Source of the DNA: Histomonas meleagridis 2922-C6/04-290x
Lineage: Eukaryota; Protista; Parabasalia
DNA length: 64,000 nucleotides
Assembly (NCBI GenBank): GCA_020184695.1
Contig: JAANOX010000029.1
Location: forward strand, 62,001-126,000
Direction: 5' to 3'
Under the pieces are notes generated by a model, which saw only the letters and a program-made list of their open reading frames with translations, did no database searches and was not told the origin of the DNA. Position numbers and translations under genes: made by a program. Every line of letters begins with the position of its first letter. The stretch's first letter is position 1. Positions 10,468 to 22,100 of this stretch are shown here, piece by piece.

Positions 10468-11583
10468 ATAATTGTCCTCCGAAATTTGTCATAATTGATT
10501 TTTTTACATAAAATTTAAATAATGCTTTAATCAAAAAATCTATGTTTTACATATTTGTAATATTATTTTTATCATAAATTGAGGCGATTGTTTTAAAATT
10601 TAATTTTAAAGAAAAAATCCATTCCTATTTGTTTTAAACATTTTGATGGATTGAATCTTAGGATTTTTTGTGAATGGACTTGTTTTACTTTTAAAGATCC
10701 CTATATTTTTTAGTTTCTTCGTATGAGGAAAATCCTTAGGGCCATTTTTCAGAAAAAGATGAATTATCTAAGGTGCTTTTTAGATGCATCCAAATTTATA
10801 AACAAATATGTTAATAATAATACTAATTTTTCAAGGCATCTAATAAAAATCATTTAAATTCGGTAATTTATCACCTTACATAAAATTATCAATTTTTTAA
10901 ATTGATATCATTTTTGTCTCTGTCGAAACCCGATACCATGCAAAATCATAAAATTTGAAATTCAAATGAACAAACAAAAACTTTGTAATTTACATGATTA
11001 TATATTTTACACAGGTGACATATTTTCTCAAATAAATTTTATATTTCATTTACTTTTCTAATGTTTTAGTTATCTCCAATATCTTTCGCTCGTTCTGTGC
11101 TTCAAAAGGAGTAGAAGGGGAAGATGACATTTAAAAAAAGGAGACAATTATTGATGACGATTATAATGTATTGAAAATTATGGGTAAAAAGGGGAAATAA
11201 ACCGTTTCCCCCTTTGAGGTGTGCATAGTAAACTATTTTGAAAAATATTTATAAATTGTCCATTAGCTAATAGCTATTAAAAGATACACAAACTATCGAT
11301 TAAAGACATTGAATAAATTGAAGGTATTCCAAATGACACATTGTGTCGGGATTTCATGAGGTATAATTGATTCAATTAATATTAAATTTATGAGGTAAAC
11401 ATGTCATTAGGTTAATCATTTGAAAAAGAAAAAAATTAAATAAGAAAAATTAGGAAAAAAACAAAAGAAAAAGAGATGTAAAAAGAAAAAAAGAAGAGAA
11501 AAAATGAGAAAAAAACTTTGTAATGAACAAAAAAACATGAGGTGAGCTGGTTGACACAAAAATCAATTTTATTTATACACTCA

Positions 11584-12585
11584 TTAGAATATTTTCCTTT
11601 CCACTTCTCCAATTCGTGGGTTACTTTCCACTAATGCCATCACACACATTGCCACTATTTCTCTTTTGCTTCTTGTTTCCGCTAATTGTACGCACAGTGC
11701 CAAAAACATGTACGCCTTCAAATGGAATATAATTATTTCCTGTGTTCGTACACCATTTGTACATTGTGGGCAAACAAGTGATGCAACAGCTGCGTACACA
11801 AACGACGCAACGTGCGAATGTTTATTGTTTATTGATATTAAAACAAATAATAACATCACAAAAAACAGACGGATGTTATCTCCATACGCATAGTAATCAA
11901 AGAGAAGCCCAATTCGTTTGCGTGTGACTATGTCATTGGCAATATCAATGCCATCACAAAGAATGCGTTCGTGTAATCGTGAAAGAAATCTGGGAATTAT
12001 AGAGAAAAATATTAAAGTAATAAATAGCTGTGATAAAAGAAGTAATGTTTTGTGAGGTACTGTGGGCGTTGGACCAAACATGAATTTTATTAAATTAATT
12101 CCAAGAAAGATATATGGCATAACTGATGGAGTTTTTGACTTTATGGAAAAGCTGCAGATGATAATTGAGAAGAAAAATGGAATTAAAAAGCTCAGATGGT
12201 TTCTTCGATAAAATGATAATTCAATAGAAAAGGGAATTGATAAAAATATAGACATTAAAACAAATACACTTGATTTTGTATGAAGAAAATCAGTAAAGTT
12301 CTTGTCTAAAAAGATAAGAGGCGATAATAATGTGGATGTAAATGCATCGTCAACTAAAAATCGAATAGAAACATTGACGATTATGGCTGAAATGTATAAA
12401 ATGAAGTCATTCAAAATGTTTAGCCCTTTAATTTCTTGATATATATTGTGTAAATCAAAACCATTGAAAAATATATTTGAAAAATCAAATTCTATCTTAG
12501 AAAGGAAATAATACGTTATTGCTAGTAAAAGCGCAAGAAGTTGATATAGAGCCTCTCTTGTTAAGTGAATGATTTTTGATTTCAT
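11584..12585 (-). CDS. Hypothetical multi-pass membrane protein
   Basis: ORF with many hydrophobic segments; first ATG is MKSKIIH at 12585, with an M3 motif about 25 nt upstream. Confidence 0.7.
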   Translation of the reverse strand: MKSKIIHLTREALYQLLALLLAITYYFLSKIEFDFSNIFFNGFDLHNIYQEIKGLNILNDFILYISAIIVNVSIRFLVDDAFTSTLLSPLIFLDKNFTDFLHTKSSVFVLMSIFLSIPFSIELSFYRRNHLSFLIPFFFSIIICSFSIKSKTPSVMPYIFLGINLIKFMFGPTPTVPHKTLLLLSQLFITLIFFSIIPRFLSRLHERILCDGIDIANDIVTRKRIGLLFDYYAYGDNIRLFFVMLLFVLISINNKHSHVASFVYAAVASLVCPQCTNGVRTQEIIIFHLKAYMFLALCVQLAETRSKREIVAMCVMALVESNPRIGEVERKIF

Positions 12586-12609
12586 TTTTTTCTTCAATTT
12601 ACCGATCAA

Positions 12610-12616
12610 AACCGTT
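12610..12616 (-). promoter_or_regulatory. M3 core promoter element
   Basis: AACGGTT on the minus strand, 25 nt upstream of ATG 12585. Confidence 0.5.
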
Positions 12617-13327
12617 TAAACATCAAAGCGTCAACGAAATTAAACGTGCGCTGTTTTTTTTTTTAATGAGAATTTAGTGTAAACATTGCATTATCAATGA
12701 ACACTAATAATATTTTCAAAATTTTCGATCGTAACTATGTAGTACTATCCAAAAAATTGCAAATGTCAAGTTGTTTTATTCTTTATCACATTGCTTTGGA
12801 AGTGTCAATTTTTGCATTTGTGAAAAAATTTAATCGTTTTGGTTTTTCAAAAAATGCCAAGAATAAATAGCTATTATGGCCGATAATATCGACGGTTATT
12901 TATCAATCAATATGTAAGTTACGATACAAAAGACAAAGAGAATAATAGAAATATAGCAAATAAAAATGATATTCATAATTTTTTTTTTCAGTTTTTCAAG
13001 CTATCATTTGAAGATTTTCCTCTAAATGATTTAACTTTTTATGATAAGCAAATAGGATTCCCATTCAGTAGGTCAACAACAATCGGAAATTGTTTTGACT
13101 CATCAGAAATTTCTATATTCAATACATTCGCTAAAAAATACATGTTACACATACTTTGTCGTTACAGATGAATGGTCACCAATAATTGTAATCGTAATTC
13201 CAACGAAATATTAAAGAACAGAATAATTTTATTTATATATTACTCAATTGATACACCTTCTTCAAACAGACGATCAAAAATTCAATACCACGATACAGTA
13301 TTGAACTTTCCAAAACAATTCTATACG

Positions 13328-15286
13328 TTACATTGTCGGTTCCTCATAAATTTGTACGTTTTCTTCGTTGTTTTGTTCTTCGTCATCGATCAATTGGAAC
13401 TTTCTATATTCTATCCATCGTAACAGCTCTAGCAAACAAGAGTCATTATTACCGGGCTTAAATTTCAAAGAGTTCTGACCTGCCTTATATAGCATCCAAA
13501 ACATTTGTGGGAATATAAATCCGAACCATACATCGATTGAGTAATGATTTCTCGAGATTATGATGAACAACAACGAAACCATAATGAACATTACCCACGA
13601 CGCTGACATCAATTGTTTGAATGGCGTTGGAATCTTAATTCTAATGACATCCAATATCCCTAAAGTGGATAGCCATAAGAACATTGTATGTCCGGATATT
13701 ACTAAATCGCCACATTGCGGATGCGTCAGAAACATTCCGAGTCCGAACAGCCACGAGAACGCGATCATGAATGGGTTTGCATGCTTCAAGTCAGTCAATG
13801 CCTTATGTTCACTGCATGGACATTTCGTTGTACCTGTACAAGGGGCTGGCATTGTCGTCAAGAAGAAAGAGACTGCTCGAATGTAACATAATGTCGCATA
13901 TATTATTACGATTCGTCGGACATTAAATGAATCACGTGCTGTGAAGAAGAAAGATATTAATGTAATGCCATTGATGATACATGCTATGTTTGAGATTTGA
14001 TAATTACCATAATATTTGGATTCACGTAATGATTTAGCTATGGAAAACTTCTCATGTAAATAATCGGGTAATGCGGTGGTCTCTGGCATTCGTTGCGCTG
14101 TTAAAGCATTTAAATATACCATAAATATTAGGCCGCAGATTAAATAGATCAAAATGGTTATGTCTTGTTTGGTGATTGAAATTAATGGATATTTATTGGT
14201 GGGTGATTCATCTGTATCTTCTGGAAGACGTGAAAAGTTACAAAGTTCATCCGATTGATTTGTTTCTGTGCTGGAATTATACTTAAAAAAGATTATACGT
14301 GATAAAAAGAGAAATAATGGATTAAAGATTAGTAGAAGAATTAATGAAAAGCCTAATGCATTGGGTAAATAATTTGATATTATCGGTAAAAATGATAATA
14401 AAAATGTGGTGAAAATTAAATGTATAAAGCGCCAATTGGTGGATGGAACGATAAATGGTGTGTTCTTAATGATGATGATAGTGCAGATAAGAAAGATGAT
14501 GAAGTTAAAGATGGGAAAACTGATATATGAATTAGCTAAGCCAAAAAAGGATTTCATAACATCAATGTACATCGAATTTAGAAGTGGATAAAATGTAAGA
14601 AATACTTCGAAAAAGGCATTGGATCGATGTAGGCGTGATGAATCAGAATATATTCGTTTGCTTGTGACATTGAAGTTATAAACATATGAACTAAGACCTA
14701 TAGACCATAACCAGGCAACTAAAGAAATGAATATAAGGGCAAGTGTAGGAACATAGCTTGTTAAATTTTGATCATATGTAAGCTTGTTAAAATAAAATCC
14801 AAAATACTTGCCAATGATGAGTGATGGAAATAAGATGATGCAGCGATGCATTACAATCCATGTGGTGCTTAAGTATTTATTAAGAGTCATTTGATTTTTA
14901 TATTGCATTAGCAATATAAGGGTGATAATGCCTGATAATACATTAACAACTAATATAATTAACATAACTAATATATGAATTTTGTTCATCTCAAGCATAG
15001 AATCTGTAGAAAAAGACATAAAATGAATGAATCTAAAGAATAACATTGTTATTGTCTTACAATTCGAATCAGGTTGAACAAGCCCTGTCCCAGAAATTAT
15101 CATCATTAATCCCATGACAAAAATACGGATTTCATAAAATAAATTATGTACATTTTTTGATTGATCACCAAGTTCAGAAAAGAAACTTTTGAATGGGATA
15201 GGACCTTCATTTTTTTGTTCATGTTTATTAAACAAATCTTGATGCTCCATATGGATATCAGATTCTTCTTCTTCTCCGATCCTCAT
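13328..15286 (-). CDS. Sphingomyelin/IPC-synthase-family enzyme fused to an N-terminal multi-TM module
   Basis: The C-terminal half has the SMS catalytic motifs CGDLVISGHT and HYSIDVWFG; the N-terminal ~340 aa carry many extra hydrophobic helices. First ATG at 15286. Confidence 0.85.
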   Translation of the reverse strand: MRIGEEEESDIHMEHQDLFNKHEQKNEGPIPFKSFFSELGDQSKNVHNLFYEIRIFVMGLMMIISGTGLVQPDSNCKTITMLFFRFIHFMSFSTDSMLEMNKIHILVMLIILVVNVLSGIITLILLMQYKNQMTLNKYLSTTWIVMHRCIILFPSLIIGKYFGFYFNKLTYDQNLTSYVPTLALIFISLVAWLWSIGLSSYVYNFNVTSKRIYSDSSRLHRSNAFFEVFLTFYPLLNSMYIDVMKSFFGLANSYISFPIFNFIIFLICTIIIIKNTPFIVPSTNWRFIHLIFTTFLLSFLPIISNYLPNALGFSLILLLIFNPLFLFLSRIIFFKYNSSTETNQSDELCNFSRLPEDTDESPTNKYPLISITKQDITILIYLICGLIFMVYLNALTAQRMPETTALPDYLHEKFSIAKSLRESKYYGNYQISNIACIINGITLISFFFTARDSFNVRRIVIIYATLCYIRAVSFFLTTMPAPCTGTTKCPCSEHKALTDLKHANPFMIAFSWLFGLGMFLTHPQCGDLVISGHTMFLWLSTLGILDVIRIKIPTPFKQLMSASWVMFIMVSLLFIIISRNHYSIDVWFGFIFPQMFWMLYKAGQNSLKFKPGNNDSCLLELLRWIEYRKFQLIDDEEQNNEENVQIYEEPTM

Positions 15287-16212
15287 CAAATTTTGTGTGT
15301 AGTTATTGTTCGTATCTCAATTTTTAATTGTTGTATTTAATATTTTCAGTAGGATTTGTGTTGGACCTGGGCGGTCAAAATCACTTTTTGAATGAGGCTG
15401 ATTAGGTACGATCATATTGAATACAAATCCTCTTTTAACTTCTAGATTTGAAATTATCGGTGTTTTAACTTAAGTACGATGTAAGCTTTCGTGCGAAAAG
15501 TCGATATTTCATCGTAGAGGTTAAACTGTTGATACAAATTGAATGATCGCGCGCGTATCACCGAAATCCGGTTACTCACAAAAATTGTTTTTTTGAAAGA
15601 AGGGATGGTCGGAAGCCGTCGCTTCCCAGACAAAAAATATCTTTTCGAAAAACAAAATTAAATCGATAATAATAGCTATTCATATATTAACTTTTGTTAC
15701 TTTATGGAAAAATCATATTCAATATTTCTGCTTTTCGAATATCTTTTATTATTATGACAAATAATCAGTAATTATTATGTGCAAATATATAAAAGGCTAA
15801 TAAAAACAAGTTTGAAAATGACAACAACAATATTGTGAGTGAAATTTTTTAATGTAACATAAAATGTTACATGTATTCCGAGATGGAAAAAATTGAGTGA
15901 AGCTTTCTAAAAAAGCAATTTAATGTAAATAAATCATCAATTAGCCTGATCAAATAGAATAATAATAATAATAGCAATACATTGATATTAGTATATTGAT
16001 AATAAGCCCTGAAAAACTATATTTTTATGTATATATCATCAAACCAGCAATGCCATTTTTCTGCAATTAAGTATTTGTTTCTAATATTTCATTAGAAAGT
16101 TTGATTTTCATTTTTGAGCGGTTTTGGATCATTGTGAAGTGTCTTAATTATATTACAATACTTTACAGGATTGAAAAATGAGATACCTTTCAAAATTGTA
16201 AACCAGGAACAT

Positions 16213-18564
16213 ATGGAAGAGTTCATCAAAAAATGCTGGAATCAAAGGGTTTCAGGAGAAGAATATATAAAAGTTCTTCATGAAAGTTTAGATGAACCAA
16301 CAATTATCAAATTAGGAATTTATATGACAGAATTATGTGGAAAAGATTACCAACCAACAAAATATTTTCTTAAATGTCTTTATAACACTGTAAAAGGCAA
16401 CCCACAAAATCTATTTTTAAATATAGATTTAGAAAATAAAGAACATGTTCTTGGAACAATTCGATTAATAACACAATTTGGAGATGATCTTTTTAATTCT
16501 GCAAATGTTGGCAGCGAAGAAGCGGCCAAGAGTGCTTGTATTGCTTTGACTGCAGTTTTATTATCTGAAACAAATGAAATTTTAAAAGGTGCTCTTAAGA
16601 AGCTATCAGAATCTCACCTCTTTAGTATACTTATTGCGTCAGCCAGATATTTTGCAAGAGATGATTTTTTAAAAGTTCAACAATTTGCATTAGCAACACC
16701 AGCATTCCAAAATTTTTTCAAAGAAGCACAATTATCACAAGGGCACTTGCCATTTGCACTTTTTTCCAAAGGTGTTAAAGGACATTTTGCTCAATTTTCA
16801 AATCACATTCATATTCATATTTTTTCCATGATATATCTCCAAACTAAAATTTATGATGACGCATGTACAGTTCGTTTTTACAAAGAATTTTTTGTTTTTG
16901 CCCTTCATTCCTTTTTGTCAAATCCAACTCTTTCGTCCGGTTATTTAGCATCGTGTTTTTTGCCAGCCAAACTTAGTCAAATCTATTCCTTGCCACCTTC
17001 TGATGTTATTGGGAATATTATTAAAAAAATATTTGATGGTCATCCAAAAGAACATTCATATGAGTGTGGTTTTACTATTTATTCAGCTTATATGATCAGT
17101 TCGATAATTATTCGAAAATGGATCGAAAAGTTATCTATTGGTTTTTTCGACTCACTTGAGCAAGCTATCGAATTTCTAACAGCATTACCTGAAGAAATTG
17201 ATTTCAATAACCTTCAAATGGTTGTTCAAACATATCCTGCATTTACAGGAAAACTTGTTAATCTTTTCATTGAGAAGCTCCAACAAGGAAGCACCAATGA
17301 ACTAATCATATTAGCAGACTTTTTTGTTGATAACATTCTTGACTTTTATATCATATTAAGTATTCAAGATAATTATTATGAGTTTTTAACTGAGTTATTA
17401 AATTACCTTGAGAGCTCTACTTCATATGCTACATTTGAGAAGCTTTATACATTGTTTTTATATTTGACATTTGAGCCATGGTTTAAAATTGGTTATAAAC
17501 AAGCCAAAGATAAATTTTTAAGTTGGTGTAAAACTGCTAATGAGCGCATAGGACATTTTTTTTATTGTTTTTCACAAGCCACTATTGATTCTACATATCG
17601 TGATCGAAACATTACATATCAAAATCTTGAGCAATTGCCACCATTTTATATGTGCATTGAGTTTCTTTATTTATTGCATGAATCTCCTGACATAGATTCT
17701 GCCATATTCTTAATACAAAAATATTCTTTTTTATGGACTTCGGTATTTTTTTGGTTATTTTTTGATATTCCTTTGAGTGGTGTTAAGGTATTAAAAGTTA
17801 AATATCCGAATGGTAAAATATATAATATGTTATTTAACTATATCACTATCATCTATATGAACTCCAGTCGAAAATGGAAATTATTAGTTGATGATCCATG
17901 TTATATGATCAACATGAAATTTCCTCCTCCTTCATTAGAAGCTGTCAGTTCTAAGCTATTAGAAGATATACATTTCTTAGCTCAGCCTACAGCTTCAATG
18001 CCTTTCCAAGCGAAACGAATATTTATTTGGTGGAAAACTTTATTTGATTATTTTGGCGTTGAGAAATTTTCGAATACACTTTTGAGGCTAATGCTTTTCG
18101 ATAACATTTATAGGTTTCATCCTAAGCGATTATCTTTTGATTATGAGTATGCGGCTTGTGTCTTCATATTTTTATGTGAAAATGACCCTGAGAAAATTCG
18201 CGGAGTGATAAAATGTGTGAAGGAATTGATATATTTGCCTGAGTTGTTGCCAAAAGATGGAAGTGATTTAGCATTGTTCATTTTGGGTATAGTAACGACA
18301 ATGGGCGAATATAAAAAAGAGGGTTTCTCCGACTTGTTGCAGTTTAGGCAATTGCTGTTGGATGAAAAGCCGAAAATTAATTCCGCGAAAATGGCGTTCT
18401 GTAACCATTTGATTAAGTTCACTATTTATATTCCGTACTTTAGAGAAATGATATCGCCCGATATGTTTAAGGATTTGCTGATACAATACGACTGGCAAAC
18501 AGTAATTGACTTCTTTATTGCAAAGTCGCGAACAGAAAAGCAACACGTAATTTTTAGAGAATAA
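16213..18564 (+). CDS. Large alpha-helical hypothetical protein (N-terminus loosely reminiscent of Mediator Med5/Med24)
   Basis: Long open frame; first in-frame ATG is MEEFIKKCW at 16213. The functional guess rests only on the N-terminal pattern and is weak. Confidence 0.6.
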   Translation: MEEFIKKCWNQRVSGEEYIKVLHESLDEPTIIKLGIYMTELCGKDYQPTKYFLKCLYNTVKGNPQNLFLNIDLENKEHVLGTIRLITQFGDDLFNSANVGSEEAAKSACIALTAVLLSETNEILKGALKKLSESHLFSILIASARYFARDDFLKVQQFALATPAFQNFFKEAQLSQGHLPFALFSKGVKGHFAQFSNHIHIHIFSMIYLQTKIYDDACTVRFYKEFFVFALHSFLSNPTLSSGYLASCFLPAKLSQIYSLPPSDVIGNIIKKIFDGHPKEHSYECGFTIYSAYMISSIIIRKWIEKLSIGFFDSLEQAIEFLTALPEEIDFNNLQMVVQTYPAFTGKLVNLFIEKLQQGSTNELIILADFFVDNILDFYIILSIQDNYYEFLTELLNYLESSTSYATFEKLYTLFLYLTFEPWFKIGYKQAKDKFLSWCKTANERIGHFFYCFSQATIDSTYRDRNITYQNLEQLPPFYMCIEFLYLLHESPDIDSAIFLIQKYSFLWTSVFFWLFFDIPLSGVKVLKVKYPNGKIYNMLFNYITIIYMNSSRKWKLLVDDPCYMINMKFPPPSLEAVSSKLLEDIHFLAQPTASMPFQAKRIFIWWKTLFDYFGVEKFSNTLLRLMLFDNIYRFHPKRLSFDYEYAACVFIFLCENDPEKIRGVIKCVKELIYLPELLPKDGSDLALFILGIVTTMGEYKKEGFSDLLQFRQLLLDEKPKINSAKMAFCNHLIKFTIYIPYFREMISPDMFKDLLIQYDWQTVIDFFIAKSRTEKQHVIFRE

Positions 18565-19138
18565 ATGTAAATTAATTGGATAATTTTTATAAAAAATATT
18601 TACTACTATAAAAAACATAAGAATAATATTTGCGATGAACAAAATGAAAATTACATCAAGTAATAAATATTAATAAAGTTAAACAATGAAAATAATGATT
18701 CTTTTGGTTATGCAGCTATTAATTTTTAGTACAAATTTCTAATATATTTTATCTCAAGAAGAAATTTAACTTTTTTATTTGTTATTTTAAATACAAAATG
18801 AAAAAACATAATGTGGTGCAAGCAGAAGGTTTCACGAAAAAAATATTAGAAAATCAAAATTTTTATTAATATAATAATTTAATGGAAGATAAATATGATT
18901 TTTGTCTTTGGAATTTTTAAAAATACATTTAATTTAAATTTTTGATTGTTAATTAATTCGTCACTATCATTTTGAAGAAAATCAATATTTTTTATCGAAT
19001 ACCAAGCACGTTCCTTGCTTTTGTAGGCATTTATGATACATTTTTTCAAAAAATGTTTAAATCAATTTTCTGACTCTAATTCATATTATACATTTTGAAA
19101 GACCAAAAATTTTATTAGAATAACCGTATTTAAATGAT

Positions 19139-22100
19139 TTAGTTTGTTTCCTTGTCCGTATCCTGTCCGGCGTTTGATCCTTGGCTCTTTTTCTTTCTGA
19201 GCAATGCGTGCGGTATTGCCTTAATTATCGCCCAAATCAGATGCTTCTTCACGAAGTTCGAAAGTCGGTCCGGCGTGCCGAATGTGTCGTACAGATGTAT
19301 TCCTTTATAGTCGAATGGTCGATCTCTGAACTCGGAGAACATTCCGTGATTCTTACGCTTGACGCTGATTAGCGCAGAAAATGGAACGAATGCAAACTCG
19401 CGGAAGAAATAGCTGTCGCCTACAACAACTTCGGGCTGTTTAAGCGATATTTCTTCTGATGGTGGAGCTTCATCTTCGTTATCCTCGAAATATAGAAGTA
19501 ATTTAAGGTCATCGTTGGATGGAAATACCTTGATAAGGTCTTTGATGAACACTAATGAAAGTCTGAGTATAAATGGAGAAAATACGAATTCGACCTTTTC
19601 AAATACAGGTGCCTTCATAATACGTGGGGCTTGTTGTATACATACCTTAAGGAATGGGTTAGTTGTCTTTTGTGACTTTTCAAGGATAACTTTGAAATCA
19701 TCTGTTCCATGATCATTCCGAATTAAGATAGAAGATATGATAAGATTGATCGCGCTGGATGAGTCAGGAAGCTTACTCATTTCTCCTGACACATTATTGA
19801 TTTGGGAAAACACTAATACATAAGATTCGTTTTGGATAAGTCGAAGTACAGCAGCCTTAACGTCAACCGTAACTTTTTGATGGCGTTGCAACGGTTGCTT
19901 ACTTGGGGCACCCTCGTTTTGATTTGACTCTGAATTATTTCTATACTTAGAAAATTCAGGAATAAAGAATTCAAAATCGACCGGTTTGAGGTTAATTTCA
20001 AAGGCGTTGAGTTTGAACAGAATTAAACTCTGACTGATGACACTCGTCGTCTTGATGTCGCCTCCCTCGAACTTGATTAAAGGATATTCGCCTATAGTGA
20101 ATAGCCTTGCCATGTTAAAGCAAACCCAATGAAGTTTAGTTTGCTTTTTGCTTTTCATTAAGGAATAACGTAGTCCATTTATTAAAAACAAAATTTCTTT
20201 GTTTTGGATTAAGTGCATTTTGGCTAAACCTGATTTAATGTTAAGTACAAATGAAGGATTTTGGAAGTAATTCATGATTTGTGACTCTGATTTGAATTTT
20301 GGTAATTTTTCATGTTTGATCTTACTTCTTGATGATGATGATGATGGTAAACTAAGATCTGACTTCCATTCGCTTAAGTATTGTAAAATCTGTGATGAAA
20401 TTTCGGCCTTTAAGTTATTTATCGAAATTTCGGTGAATATATCTTTGATTATTTCAAAATTAGTTAACGATAAATCAATATAAACTTGTTCTTTAATTAA
20501 CGCTTCGACTTTCGTTAGTTTGCTTTTGAGAGAAAACGTTTTCGGATCATTTGTCGAAAGTTGTAATTTTAATGGATCTCCAGAAATTTTTAAATCTAAT
20601 GATTTACTTGGAACACTAATGCTAATATAAGGTAATGTTGCATTTAAAGAAATATAAGAAAAGGTAGGATAAGGATGAGGCCTTGCAACATAATAAGCAG
20701 GCTTAACGAAAATTTGTAAGAGCGAACTCGTCATAAAGTTTTCAAAAAGTAGCGGAAGGTATTCAATGTTAACGTTCGCAAATTTCACTGCGAAATTAAT
20801 GTTAAAATCTAAATGAAAAGTATGTGTTCTATATTTTTCAAATGGATCATATAAAGGATCATTCATTCTTGAGGAATCCAAAGGGAAAAACACTGGATGT
20901 ACACCAGATGCATTATTTGGATTTACCGAAACAACTCTTAACTTAATGTTCGAAGAAGGTAAAGTAGCCAATTGTTGATAGCTTCCTTTGTTTAGAATCC
21001 TAATCCATAAATCATTTGTATTAATATTAAATCCTTTTCCATCGAAATTCAATGAAAGCGAAGGTATTTCGATTTTTAAGAATGGGAGCTTTTGGTAAGG
21101 CTGTTGTTTAGTTTTATAAGTAACAATAAAGCTTTCTGAGGTAAAATTACATTTGCCCCTTAGCCTTAATCTGCAGTTATCGAAAAACCGCAACTTTTTG
21201 AAGTTAAATTTCCTTTTTCTGAAGTTTATAGTTCCCAATTTTAGGTCTTGTTTTAATTGGCTTAATAAAGGCGAATAATTAATGATTGTTTTGGAGCATT
21301 TAATGTTTGTTTCTACTATACATACAGATCGTGTTGAAATTCCAGGGATATGGAATTCATTTTGACCATGATCACAAGTAATTAAGAAATGAAAGAAATC
21401 ACTTCTAATTAAACCTTTTCTTTTTACGTTGAAGAAGTAACCATTACTATTAAGTCCTTCAATCTTAAGTATATCACCAAGCCTATAATTATTACAACAT
21501 AAAAATCGAGAAGATAAAGTTAACTTACCTCCAAATATTCGGCCGATATCTTCATAAGTCATTTCAGGAACAATTTCATTAATGATTTTCTCGCCTGCTT
21601 CATGATTCGGTATTGAAGGTCCATCAATGATCAAATTAAAATCAGTCGAAACAATTACAAGTAAATTCGAATTTGGATCTTTTGGTATTGATTTTATTAT
21701 GTTCTTAAAGATTTCAAATAACATTTTGTTGGATTCTTTATCAAATTCTTCTTGCGAAAAATTGGAGTTCTTACCATTGATCATTTGGATTGCTTTGTAT
21801 TGCCGAAGTTGTAGTCCTTCGTGTGCAATTCTTTTGGATTCATTTGAGCGGGAAATTAAATTGGTTAAAATCGGTTCTTCTAATGTAACTATAACTTTAT
21901 GAATCTTAAAACTAAACTTACGACGTGTCGGTGGTTGCAAATGTCTATAAGCTGATTCATCGCCATGGATTTGTTTGGATAACCATGAAAGTAAATTAAA
22001 GATTTCTTGAATGTAACTTTTTTGCGCATATTTATTTGTTAACTTAAATTCGGCTCGACGTGCTTGAATACTAAAGTTCGGTCGTGCAAAGTCAATTGTG

